Below, in pieces: positions 1-11,713 of a stretch of DNA of 64,000 nt. The stretch is from contig RSEE01000016.1 in assembly GCA_003971905.1 (NCBI GenBank), positions 372,001 through 436,000 of the forward strand, written 5' to 3'. Origin of the DNA: Moniliella sp. 'wahieum' (taxonomy: Eukaryota). How positions within the stretch are numbered: the stretch's first letter is position 1; the number at the start of each line of letters is the position of its first letter. Both the position numbers and the translations under genes were made by a program. The notes beneath the pieces are model-generated. The model was given only the letters and a program-made list of their open reading frames with translations, searched no databases and was not told where the DNA came from.

Positions 1-824
1 AGCAGGCTGCAACCTCTGCCCGACCCCTTATGGGGGTGGTAGTTGCTTACCCCTGCTCAATGTGTCGAGAGAACGGGTGAGCGACATGAACTCGACCAAA
101 GCAGGGAAGAAAACAGATTGGCTTTCTCGGCCTCTGTCTCCTTCTCCTCGCCAGGCGCAACGGAAACAGAAGCTGACGCTGTTGAACTGGTACTGGTGTT
201 GAAGAGGCTCACCGCTCCCACCCCATCACGATTGTTTGCAGAGGGGGTGGCGCGGTCGGTTTCCAAGATCAAAGGCCGTACCAGGGTGGAAGCCGTGGCG
301 CTATCGGCGCCAGCTTCTTGCAACAGCAGCGCCAGCCGATCACGTCCCCCCGGATCGGTTGGAAGGGTAGCAAATGGCTGAGGCAGTAAGAGGGGAGCAA
401 GGCTTGTGCTGTGTGCTGCAAGCGCCTGTCCAACAGACCAGAGCGTGTCCTGAACCATAGCCCGTGTTAGCGGTGGGGCCGCCCGCCCCCGCCTATCAAG
501 GCTGTTGGTAGAACCGGAACCCAAGGCTGCACTGGCGCCCAGTCGCTCAGCGGTACGACCATCAAAGGGATGCATGTAGACCCCTGGGCTTCGCGTCCGA
601 CCGGTCTCTTCGTCTGCCCGAGAGGAGCGCTTCGACGCTCAACTGCAATGCAGCCAACTTGGCATACACCGAGGGCGCCTCCACCAGGCTGGCGTCCGCC
701 TGCGGCGGTGGCGGCAACAACTGGGGCGGGACAAGGGGTTGGAGGTGGAAGTGAGAGCAAGCACCCCTTCCATTCCGTCCGGCACAGCGGTGCCAGTGCC
801 AGGAAGATGCTCGTTCAAGGCCAT
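1..824 (-). CDS. Hypothetical protein, 5' part only (continues off the window start)
   Basis: Protein-like ORF pieces (639..998, 562..897, 57..575) can be joined across frameshifts from ATG ~824 (MALNEHLPG...VYAKLAALQLSVEALL...RDRLALLLQEAG). A GTAAGC donor-like site lies near position 50 on the minus strand. No family recognised. Confidence 0.4.
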
Positions 825-1070
825 GCTGCCCTGCACGCCAGAAGGGTGGTGGTGACGAGGAATACGAGGTGCTGGGCAATGTTTCTTCGCACGCCACTGC
901 GCGCTGATGGAGACGCGATTGCCGCCTGCCTTGTCTGTTTCATCTGGGCGCTGCGAAATTAAAATCGGGGCGATCGTTATTGATGCCCCGCTATGCATTG
1001 GAAACTTCGGCGTCCTAGCTTCGGCAGGGCTATTACATCCTGCCAGCCCAGCTGTCCAATACGCTCCATT

Positions 1071-2310
1071 CTATTCTTCCCCCTCATGGGTCTCCAGCCA
1101 CTGACCGAACGCCTCTGTCCGAGCTTGCTCCTCTTGTGCCTCCTCCTCTTCGTTGGCTCCACCTCGGATGCCCGAACGACGAAACTTGGGCCGAACGGCG
1201 GTGGTAATGTAGGCTTCGACTTTACGTTTGTCAAACCAGCGACCGTCCATCTTGTCCACGCAGAGCTGCGCGGCTTCGGTCGTAGTAAAGCGCACGCTCA
1301 TCACGCCTTCCTCTTCCTTGTCGTAGATGATCACGTTGGTTACTGCACCGACAGCTGTGATATTCTCACACTCTTCTCGCACGTCCGTCTTCAGGTCGAG
1401 GAGCAGTGCTGGATCGGACTCCAACTCGGCGAGCGTAAACATGTGCTTGAGCACCACGGTCCTCCCACCAGCCTCGGCAGGCGTAACGACTGCATACGAC
1501 TGGCCTGTTGGGTCAGAAATCACCTCCTCGTCCGAATCCCAATCGTTCACTTTCCTAGACACAGACGAGTTGGTTAGAGACGATAAGCTTGGGCACAGAG
1601 CAGAAGACGCACTCGTTCAAGCGTTTGTTGCGGTCCTTGATGCGTTGTTTTTCTTCCTCGGTTCGTTGCTTGGGAGCAGGTGGTTGCCCTCCTTCTACCG
1701 AAGGGGCTGGCGCCTCCTTAAATTGGGCGCGTTCAACATTCATCAAGGGCTTGCTCGTCCCCACCCGAAGCGGGCTTTGGTCCAACACGGTAATGGCCAG
1801 CTCGACACTTTCCGGTCGAAAGTAGGTCACCAAAGCCTCCCCTTTGAACTGACCTTGGTCGTCGTAGTAGAGTTTCACCCTCGGTTTCCCCGGCTCGTCC
1901 TCCAGCAAAACCCCGTACCGGCCAAACACATCAGCCACCTCCGACACACTCACATCCGACGGCAAGCCCGAGATGAAGACAGAGCTACAGGGCGCGGCTT
2001 GGAATCTGCCGGCTTGGGTTTCTTTTGTGCTGCCTTGTCTTTGGAGGAGCGCTTGCGTTTGTTGCTCGTCTCGGGTGGACTGACCTCCTCGGGCGCTGGC
2101 ACCCAGGATTGCCGTTGTTCGTCCCATTCCAGGGTCGGCTCGTCAGAGCCTGCCAACGGCTCGTAAATCCACTTGCCACTGACTTGGTCAAAAGACACGC
2201 GTGGGTCAGACTCGAACGCGGCAGCGGCAGTGGCAGTGACAGTGACCTGGCGGCGGAAGCGGTGGTGGAAGCGGGAGGATGGGCTGGCGCCGGCTGGGCG
2301 CTGGACTCAT
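1071..2310 (-). CDS. CUS2: Tat-SF1/Cus2-like U2 snRNP-associated splicing factor (two RRMs)
   Basis: FESDPRVSFDQVSGKW N-terminus; RRM1 SVFISGLPSDVS...PRVKLYYDDQGQFKGEALVTYFRPESVELAI; RRM2/UHM TVVLKHMFTLAELESDPALLLDLKTDVREEC...MDGRWFDKRKVEA. GT-AG intron at about 1555-1612 with a CTAAC branch site. Frameshifts present. Confidence 0.9.
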
Positions 2311-2700
2311 GGTCGTTGGTGGGCAAGGCAGGGCTGTCAAGCGATGGGGAAGCAGTTAGCGTTAAGCGCGAAGCTGGCAGCACCAAAACACAGCAGCAGC
2401 TCGCTGCCCCCGTGTCACCCATCTGGCAACGCACGCCCCTCAGTTCACCATCCAATTCGGTCAACCCATTCAGAAGCGGACAGCGGCTGGCGGGGCGGGG
2501 CGGCCTGCTGGGCGGAAGATGGATGATGTCATGCATGAGAGTGGCGGAAATGTTTTTCCGCTCTTTTTTCCCCACGCAGTGAATAAATTACTGGGGGGTG
2601 CCACGGTCGGTTGAAGGCCCAAACCTTTGAGGTTAAACGTTGAAGCTCTTGAAAAGCTTGAGGCCGCAAGGTGGTTCTTCACCTCCAAGTCAGCACCGCC

Positions 2701-4838
2701 ATGGCCGTCTCGCGCCCCTCACCGCCCCCGCCACTTCAGGACCCCCAATTGAAGAGGCCACATACGCTGCGGAAGCGTCGTACTCTGACGAGGACGAATA
2801 CTACGACGAGGAAGACCAAGTGGGACATGTCGAAGATGCCGACTGGGATCTGCGCACCGGCGACTTTACCAAGGCATTTAACCGCGCACGCCAGGCCGAC
2901 GCTGCCCTCCGTCGTCCGGCTACGGGCTCCTCCGTACCTAGGGGGACTTCCTCTTCGTCCGCCTCGGCCGTGCCTGCGGCTGCGGCGCCGCTTCCCGCGA
3001 TGAACGACGTTAAGCACAGGCGGCCCGATCCCCCGGCCCAGCTGACCGGAGAAGGAAAGCAGTTGGCTGACCTGTCGAACCGGCTTGCGTCTTTGGCTGC
3101 CGGCGACAAACCGGATGCGTCTACGTACGATGTTTCTCAATCTGTTGGCGGTCAACTGGGCCGGTCGGCGGTGCCCCGCAAGGCCGGTGACGCGGCGGCC
3201 TCGGCGAGGGGCAAGGCGAAAAGACAAGTCCGATCGTGCTACCCCCAGCCGTCTTTGATCCTCGCACTTGCTCATCATCTACAAGATGATTCAGTCTGGG
3301 CTGCTGGGAGAAGTGCATGGCGTCGTTTCGACCGGCAAAGATGCCAATGTGTACCACGCGTACGAGGGTCCCCGCGATGAGGAAGGCAAGCCGATTCCTG
3401 TTCCGGTTTATGGCAGCGCCCCGCTCGGCGGGACGGTGCACACTCTGGAGGAAGGTGCTGACCGCCCCGCGGCTTGGCACTAAGGGTACAAGACGGCCCA
3501 GCTTTCATTTAAGGATCGTGGGATTTACACAAAAGGCGACACACGTTTTGAGCATGGGTACCAAGGCAACAATTCTCGTAAGATGGTAAGTCAATGGGCT
3601 AGCAAAGAAGATCGCAACCTGCGCCGCCTGTCTGCTGCTGGCTTACGGGCCCCGAAAGTGGTGGAGCACAAGGACAATGTGCTGGTGATGGATTTCCTGG
3701 GCAACCGGCAAGGATGGGCGTCGCCTCGTCTTCGCGACGCCGAGGCGGCGATCGATATGGAGGAGGAGGCACGGGCCAGCGACGACGAGCTGGCTCCTTC
3801 ACGTTGGACAGAACTCTATGCAGAGCTGCTTGCCTCGGTCCGGATTATGTACCAGCAATGTCGTCTGGTCCATGCCGACCTGAGCGAGTACAACATTCTC
3901 TACCACGAGGGGCATTTGTGGATTATCGATGTCAGTCAAAGTGTCCAGCACGACCACGAATCTGCCTTTGACTTTTTGAGGCACGATCTCGAGCACGTCG
4001 ATCGTTATTTCGCCCGGCACGGCGTCCCCGTATTGGGCTTGCGCCGCACCTTTGACTTTGTCATTTCTGAGCCCGCCCAGCCGGCGCGGCGACGCAAAGG
4101 TGGTGGTCAAGCTGGTCTGGCCCAGCACATGGGGGGAGACCATGCTCATGAAGAGGCCATGTTGGACCGGGTGGGCGACGGATCCATCCCTGGAACCACT
4201 CCCACCACCGTAACCCACATGGGAGGAGAGACGGAATCCGAGTTGATGCGCACCATCTTGGGATTGGTCCGCAAAAAACAGCTCAAGGCATTGGCCAAGG
4301 CCGAGGATCGGCGTACCATGCCATCTCCACCGACAGGAGCTCCTGCTTCCGAGAATGTGCACGCTGAACCTGAGCCGAGCTACGAGGAGGACGCAGCTGT
4401 GGAGGACGCAGTGTTCAAGTCGACGTACATTCCCCGCACATTGGACGACGTTTACGATGCCGAGCGAGATGCCGACCTGGTCATGGCTGGCCATGCTGAC
4501 CAGTTGGTATATGCCAAGGTGACGGGCCTGGACGTGGCGGTGCGCAAGGCGGACGAACGGGCGGAGGAAGCAAATGAGGATGAGAACAAGGATGGGGATG
4601 AGGTAGCGGGGGAGCATGAGGGGATCCTCCTATCGACGACGTGGATGAAGGAGAAGAGAGCGACTCATCCGACTCGGAACAAGGCCAAAGAAACCTCGTG
4701 GTCACCGTCATGAAGACAGGGACGCCAAGAAGGAGCGAAAGCAGGCTGCCAAAGAGGAAAAGAGGGAGAAACGCAAGACCAATGCCCAAGAAGGACAAAA
4801 AGGCCCGTGTTAAGAAAACGGCCGGGACGAAGCGTTAG
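2701..4838 (+). CDS. RIO1: RIO1-family atypical serine/threonine kinase
   Basis: IIYKMIQSGLLGEVHGVVSTGKDANVYHA; QWASKEDRNLRRL; LVHADLSEYNILYH; IIDVSQSVQHDH; VFKSTYIPRTLDDVYDAERD; lysine-rich C-terminal tail. Split by frameshifts. Confidence 0.93.
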
Positions 4839-6758
4839 TCCGGGTACAGTGCTGATCACCATTATATCGATTTTCGCTGTTAATGGCATCTCTATTGGAT
4901 GCCAGTCTGCTCTTGGCCCGGAAACATGAAAGTGAAGATGGAAAGGCGTGAAGGTGTCGCCGTGGATGATGGCTAGCCTACAACTGCTGCCGAGAATACA
5001 TTGGGGGTAATTGAGTCTGCCGGTGTGAATGGACGGTAAGTATAATAGCGGGGAAAGAAAGCAGTTACAAAACAATATCGTTGGTACGGTCGGACTGAGG
5101 CGGTGACAACAACATGAAAAAGGAATGTGAAGGCGAGAACAACAAAGGCGGACGGGATACACTAGTGAGGCGGGAAAGCGAGAAGGCAGAGAGCTACCGG
5201 GAACAGGTGCGGAAAACACGTTTCTTTCTCGATCATCGACGATCATCAGTCCCCCTCGACAAACATGTGCAACACCTACAACCCTGCCTTGGAAGCATTT
5301 AAGTCAGAGGACGCAAAGAAGAGCCTGTGCAGGCTAGTAATTGAATCTGGCTTGTTGCCTATAGAGGTTGATTCGTACAGGCCACTGGGCGGGCCTACCA
5401 ACGAGGATGCGCGTAGCAACAGCGCTTGATCGCACGATTGCTGGTCACGTGCCGCGGAGATGGTGAAATTGTGTATACGTAATCCGATTTTGACCGCCGC
5501 CGTCTCGTTGAACAATTCGACTTGCAGGTGGCGTCTTCGCTTAAGTTGGAGCAAACACCGTCTGTCTCAACACGCCACGGTCGAGCGCGCACCAACGCAT
5601 GGCGGCGGCAGTGGTAATAGTGGCTTCTACTGCTATGATCGGCATCATAAGCAGCAAGCAGTTTGAGACCAACGGTTAATGATTAACGAGCTGTGCCCAT
5701 GAGCCCAGAGTACTGAGTTATACCGAGTGTCCTGTGTATACTCGGTACTGACTGCGAGGCGAGACTCACGTACAGGATGGTGTACTGGGGTCGTGCTTCG
5801 AGGCCAGCGCTTCTTAGTGCGCACGCCGACGATCATCGCCTGATAGATAGCGTGGGCGACGGCAATCGCTCCGCCGATGATCGATGAAGCTTGAAGCTTG
5901 AAGCTTCACTTGAAAAGCTTGAAGATGAAGACAGGGGGGGTCGATGAAGCCATGAAGGCATAGGGCGTGCTGCTGGTAGAGGTGCCTGTAAGTCACCTAG
6001 TCGCCCCGTCCATATGTGCTGCTCCGGGCAAGCAAGCGCCTGTGCAGCGCAGCGCAAGTGTGCGCTCGTGCGCGCTCGCATGCCTTATCGGGGGGCAGAG
6101 CCAAGTGCGCGAAGCACCGCACAGCACTGCTCTTTTGTGGTGGGCACTGACGCGTGCCAGGCTGAGGCTGGCGCAGTGCCCACACGCGCAGCCGCCACTC
6201 AGCCATCCTACGCTGCGGCGGGATTGTCGATTGGAGGCCATTAGCCATACCATTGCATTGTCCCTGTGCGAGAGCCGGGCGGACGTGCAGAGTGGACTGG
6301 TGCCAGGCGTAGCCGGTGCCGCGTAGCCGTAGTGAGTAGGGCACTGAGTACGAGGGCGGCGTGCTGCGTTCTGGGACATCGAGCACGCACCGCGCGCGCA
6401 TGGCCCGCGGCCTAGCGCCTGCCCAGCGCCTGCCCAGCGCCTGCCCCCCGGCAGCAGGCCCGCCACTGCCCCTCTGCGGGCCTCCCAGAGCCAGCAAGAG
6501 GGGAGTGTGGTGCCTCACCCGGGCGCTCTGGCGCTGTGGCCCAAGCCAGACACACACATGTTCCTGCGTCGCTGCCGCTCCGCTGCCAAGCCCCCACGCA
6601 CAGGGCCAGTGTCCCGCACCACCTCACGCTACGGTGCACCCGCGCGCGCCGCGGCAATTCGTATATAACCACCTCAGCCTTGGGCCAATGAGCAGAGCGG
6701 CTTGGTGCTCTTGCCTATCGTCCGCCTGCCCCCCTCGCCACCGCCTCCGTCCACTACC

Positions 6759-8151
6759 ATGGCTGACACTACCTCTCCCGCTGTCGAGGCCCCCAAGGCG
6801 AGCCGTTGCTGCTGTGAGCATTCTTCATCGTCCGCATGGGGCTTGGGCAGCCACCTGCCCAGTGCCCGCAGACCCCTGTCGAGGCCGTATCTCTGACCAT
6901 TGTCCCTTCCCTACAGCAGGTGGAAGCCGCCGCGCCGGCCCTGAGGTGACCACTGCAGTTGAGCCCATCGCCCGGACGCTGCCGAGCCCACGTTCGAGCC
7001 ACCTACTGAGCAGCCCACCACACGGAGGCTCCGGCCAAGGAGGCGAGCAAACCGGAGGAGACCCCAGCTGAGGCGCCTGCCGAGGAGGCCAAGGAGACCC
7101 TTCCGAGGAACCCAAGAAGGAAGAGAAGCCGGCTTCAGCTCCCGCTCCTGCCAAGGTACGTGCTCACACACTTACCTCATGAAGGATTAAAATACTGACG
7201 TCGTTACCATGGCAGGCCAGAAGGAGAAACGCGCCTCCTTTATTCAACGCGTGTTCACTTTAGCAAGAAGGAAAAGAAGGAGCCGGTGAAGGAGCAGCCT
7301 AAGAAGGTTGTATCCAAGGAAGAGGCCAAGAAGGTGGAACCCACGAAGGAGCCCAAGGAAACCCCGTCAAAGAAGAAGGCCCTAAGGAGCCCAAGACCGA
7401 GGAGCCCGTTTCTGAAGAGGCTACTCCCGCAGCTGAGCCCGTCCCCAAAGAAACCAAGCCTGAGGAAGAGTCCAAGGTCGAGGAGACTGTCAAGGAAGAG
7501 GCTGCTCCTGCCGAGGAACCCAAGGCCGAGGAGCCCAAGGCTGAGGAGCCCAAGGCCGAGGAGTCCAAGGCCGAGGAACCCAAGGCTGAGGAGCCTAAGG
7601 TTGAGGAGCCCAAGGTTGAGGAGCCCAAGGTTGAGGAGCCGAAGGGGCGGAAAAGCCGACGGAAGAGCCTAAGGCCGAAGAAACCCCCAAGGAGGATGCT
7701 CCTAAGGCGAAGGAGGCCCCCAAGGCTGCGCCCAAGCCCAAGGAGGAACCCAAGCCTGCCGAGAAGCCAAAGCACGGCCGTCACCTGAGCCTTAAGGGGT
7801 TCAAGTTGGGTAAGTTCTTTGAGAAATTCAATGGCGACAAGAAGATGCCCAAGCCCGCCGCCGTTCCTGAGAAGCCCAAGGCCGAAACTGCCAAGAAAGA
7901 GGTCAAGGCTGAGGAGCCCAAGAAGGCGGAAGTGCCTGTCGCTAGAAGCCAAGCCGGTTGAGGAAACCAAGCCGGCCGAGGAGGCCAAGCCAGCTGAGGA
8001 GGCCAAGCCGGCCGAGGAGGCTACACCGGCCGTGGAGACAAAGGCGGAGGAGCCTGCCATCGAGGCTTCAGCTGCTGCCGAGGAGGCTGCACCCGCCGAG
8101 ACTGCAGCTGAGGCGCCCAAGGTTGAGGCTGCTGCGGAGGAAGCCAAGTAG
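6759..8151 (+). CDS. Low-complexity Glu/Lys/Pro/Ala-rich repeat protein (EEPKA and EEAKPA repeats)
   Basis: ATG in an ACCATGG context at 6759. GT-AG introns at about 6814-6916 and 7157-7215 with CTGAC branch sites. Codon-periodic GAG/AAG/CCC repeats run to TAG at 8151. A TATA-like TATATAA lies at about 6662. Confidence 0.7.
7513..7640 (+). repeat. Coding 15-bp tandem repeat (GAGGAGCCCAAGGCY-like, about 8 copies; encodes EEPKA/EEPKV)
   Basis: Directly visible tandem units with third-position variation. Confidence 0.85.
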
Positions 8152-8733
8152 CCCTGCGCATGAGCAATACCTGGCCTATCCCCGTCCGCTTGGCTGGCGC
8201 GGGGCATGCGGTCGAATAACTCTTTCTCGGGGTTGTCAACGGCAAATAAGCGAGGTTTTTCTTCGTATAAACTTCGCTCGTTTGTTCCCTATACCAAACC
8301 CGTGATCTCGCTATACCGTTTCTACCCCCGTCCGTCTTACCACTATAACCCTCTCGCCATTGTCCCCCACACACTTTATCCCCGGCGCTTGTTTTGTTTG
8401 TTTACGTTACGCTTCTGTTTTTCTTTACACTGCCGAAACTTTGATGTGATGACCACGAAGTATAACTTGATAGTCTCGGACTACACGAGGGAGGCTAACG
8501 TATTCTCATAGACAGCCAGTGGCCATATTGTTCCTATGGAAGAGAGGCAAGAGCTATGTCAGGTAGGACACATTTCCCCCCGTGCTAAGAAGAGGGAAAT
8601 GATATGTGAGACTGCATCGTCGTGCTCTACTATAGGTAGAGGTTGAATCAGTACCTCCACCTGAAGGTCAACAACGCCAATGTGCTGCTGAATGTTTGCC
8701 TAGAAGCTGGAACTGCTCCGCGGCATCCAAAAA

Positions 8734-8814
8734 GGGGTCCGCCCGGGATCGAACGAGGACCACCTCTACGAGTTGAATACCCTAAAGAGGCTGATACCAC
8801 TACACCACGAACCC
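8734..8814 (-). tRNA. tRNA-Pro(AGG) with a ~10-nt intron (possibly with sequencing errors, or a pseudo-tRNA)
   Basis: Minus strand reads GGGTTCG TG GTGTAGTGGTATCAG CCTCT TTAGGG [TATTCAACTCG] T AGAGG TGGT CCTCG TTCGATC CCGGG CGGACCC C, followed by a TTTTT Pol III terminator. It has a 7-bp acceptor stem, a perfect CCTCT/AGAGG anticodon stem, and A-box and B-box motifs. The T-stem has one mismatch and the D-arm looks one base short. Confidence 0.82.
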
Positions 8815-10096
8815 TCATTGCAGGATGCTGGCGCATTGAAGTCAACCGCGTCCAACCTTTGCTATATTTTGGAAGACAATGATATGGGGGGGGAAATTCA
8901 GTGTTTTTATTGCTTATTGAAACACACGGGAGGGATAAGAAGTACCCACTCTCATAGAGTCCTGAACTTTTACTTACTGTCGTGGACCAATGACTCTTCG
9001 CCTGTAAGTGCACGATTGCTGTGGGTGGATAGAATGGACGAACTGGTGTTGGCTAGAGGAAAGATGGGCGATAAAAAAACACGCAAGGGCTATAGCACTC
9101 CGAAATGGGAGGGTGCACGCTGGATCGTTCACGGCGTGGGCCATGCAGAGATGAAGGCGTGGGGATGTTTGAGATTGCCAGGATGACCAAACCGAATGTG
9201 GCGTAAGACTTGCACAGTATGTGTCCCCAGACGCGATAGGAGTGGGGCCCAAAGGAGGAGAGAGACATTCGAAAAAAAAACGGACTTTCGACAGCGTCGT
9301 CGGCTAATTTGAGACCGGAGCATGGCGCCTGTGTGGGGGGCGGGGTCGCCTAAACGATGAACACAGCCCCCCTGCGCTAGGGGGGGCCGCGGATGCAACG
9401 GCGGGGGTGGGTGTCAGTGTCCCCGCCCCACGTCGCTCGCTGAGCAAGCCAATAGGCACGGGGCTTGTGCTGGACGAGCGCCCTGGCTCGCCCCCTCCGT
9501 ACCTCTCGACCAAGGGAGGATTGCGCAAGTGCGAGCCAGCGGGGGCACCAGCACATTGGCTGGGGAGATGCATGCGAGATCGGAGCTTCTGAGATTGAAG
9601 ATCTGAGCGCGCCGGCCATCCGAGCGAACGTCGCTCGTCTCCCTCCACCCCCTTCCACCATCATCATGCATCTCATTAATCAACTTTGCGCCGTCGTACG
9701 GCCCGCGTCACGCGCCAGCGCCCACGCCGAGCGAGGAGTGGCGGAGATGCCCTCCTTCGCTGCTCCCGCGCTACCCCCGGCGGCCCAGAGGTGATTATGT
9801 GCAAAATGGTTAGAGGGGACCCAATTAATCAGCTGTGGGCAAACGGAAGGAAACGCTGCGTGCTCTTAATTTCTTGATCAAGTATATAGCCCCCTCACTT
9901 TCATCCACGGACCATTTTTCTCCCTCCACCCACACCTCCTGTTACCTGTGGCATTTCCTTTGGCCGGTCCAAAGACTTTTTATCGTGCACTCCTCCCTCG
10001 CTTTTGGTCCTGCACCATCACTTCCGTTGCCCACACCTTTCCTTTTTTTACGAACACCCCTTTTCGCTTCTTTCTTTTTCTTTGCCGGCTGCCACA

Positions 10097-10744
10097 ATGG
10101 TTTCTCTCACCAAGCTTTCCTTTTTCTTGGCCTCTGTCACTTGCCGGGCAGCGCAGGACGCCGCAGGCCAGCGCTCTGTCCGCCGGGAACACATGCAGCT
10201 TGCTCGCGGCCGGTTCGGGATCGGGCTCTGCTCGAGCGGCGGTTCGGGCGGTGCTGGTCGGGCTACGTTTTTCCAAGTGGCTTGGGTATGTCTCCTCTGT
10301 GGTCTGCTGTCTTTTTTTGTTCGTTCCTCTCTGATGGGAAAGTACTGACTCTCCCCCAAAACACAGGCGCGTGCGGCTGGAACTCCAAGCCAACGGATAA
10401 AGTGGTTGCGATCAGCAGTTCGCGCTATGGAAACACGGGGGCCAAGTCCAGTTGGTGTGGCAAGCAGCTCAAGATCACCAACAACAACACCCACCAGACC
10501 GAGGTGGCCACCGGGTGGATGCTTGCCCCTCGTGCCCGAGTGGCGGCGACCTAGACCATGTCGCACAGCTCTTTGGCGCGTTGAGCAACAACAACTTCAA
10601 CGAAGGGTACGTTTGTTGAATTCTGGTCGCTCTTCGGTCGGTTCCGTTTAGGGTCGTGCTTGTCCTGGATTCGATGCTGACTGATTTTGTGATGTTTCGC
10701 GGCCTCTTCGCAGCGAGTTCCAAATGAGCTGGACCTTGGCCTGA
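10097..10744 (+). CDS. Secreted expansin-like / RlpA double-psi beta-barrel (loosenin-like) small protein
   Basis: Hydrophobic signal-like start MVSLTKLSFFLASV; GRATFFQ...GACGWNSKPTDKVVAISSSRYG...SWCGKQLKIT...DACPSC...DL; ends FQMSWTLA. Introns at about 10286-10366 and 10607-10713. Confidence 0.85.
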
Positions 10745-11713
10745 ACTCCACACTGTGAAAACCAGCGGTCGTGTGGGTTGGCTTTAACCAACAGAGTGGT
10801 TAGTGAACCCACGAAGGCCAAAAGGCGTAGGGATGCCAACCTTCTGATGGGGCGTAGCTAATGCCACCACTTTTTTTTCTAGGAATTGCGCGCCTTGCTG
10901 GCCAGGGCCAAATTGTATCTTGGGTGTCAAATCAGTTATTCTTTGGAGGTGTTCAAGGTCCCAAATCAGTTCTTAGGGAGGTGTTCAAGGTCCAAGTCTT
11001 CAGGCCTGGCCCTGTACCCTAAGTGCGTGAGCACATGAGTTTCTCGTAGCTTCTGTGAATCACTCGAGCTCTGAACCCCTTATTGGTTTGGTGTCGTTGA
11101 ATCTCGCTCTTTTAACTTGATCATCATGTTTTGGAGCTCAGCAACCCTACCTCAGGCCTCAGGCCAGATCGTGTGGTGCCGCGATCTAGCTGGTTTCAGA
11201 TAAAGGTTGCCCTGCCCAGCCAGACAAGAGTGTCAACAGCGTGACTAAAAGGCATCACAACTGCGACGGGAACAGGATGAGTCGATGAGGCCTGAGGACG
11301 GGGGAGGAAAAAACGGGATGGCATAGAGGAAATATAGATTGGAAACGTGCTCAGAGGGCAAAAGCGGTATAAAGGGGCAAAGGGGTCTAGTTCAGTGGGG
11401 AAGAGGGGGCGGAAGGGCAATGTCGGTCGGTGTCACGGCAGGCCTGAAGCCCAAGCAAGCATCAAGTTCTGGGCCAAACCCAGTCGAGTCAAAGCGAAAA
11501 GGAAAGTGTGGAGGGTGGGTCGTGAACGATGGCATGGGCACAAAAGAGTCAAGTGAAAGGGTCAAGTGGAAGGAAGGCGGCTGGGGCGGTCGGGGTCCTA
11601 AGCTCGGAGCCGGACGGGGAGAGCGCGCACAGCAAGGAAATCAGGTCACACCAGGTAGGGCATGTACCAGATGGAGGGCGTAGCAGTCGTTGTACGGGAC
11701 ATGGCAGGGTGCC

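Noticed and set aside
10929..10995. Imperfect ~34-bp tandem duplication (AAATCAGTT...GGAGGTGTTCAAGGTCC)
   Set aside because: Only two degenerate copies in a 3' intergenic region; an ordinary local duplication.
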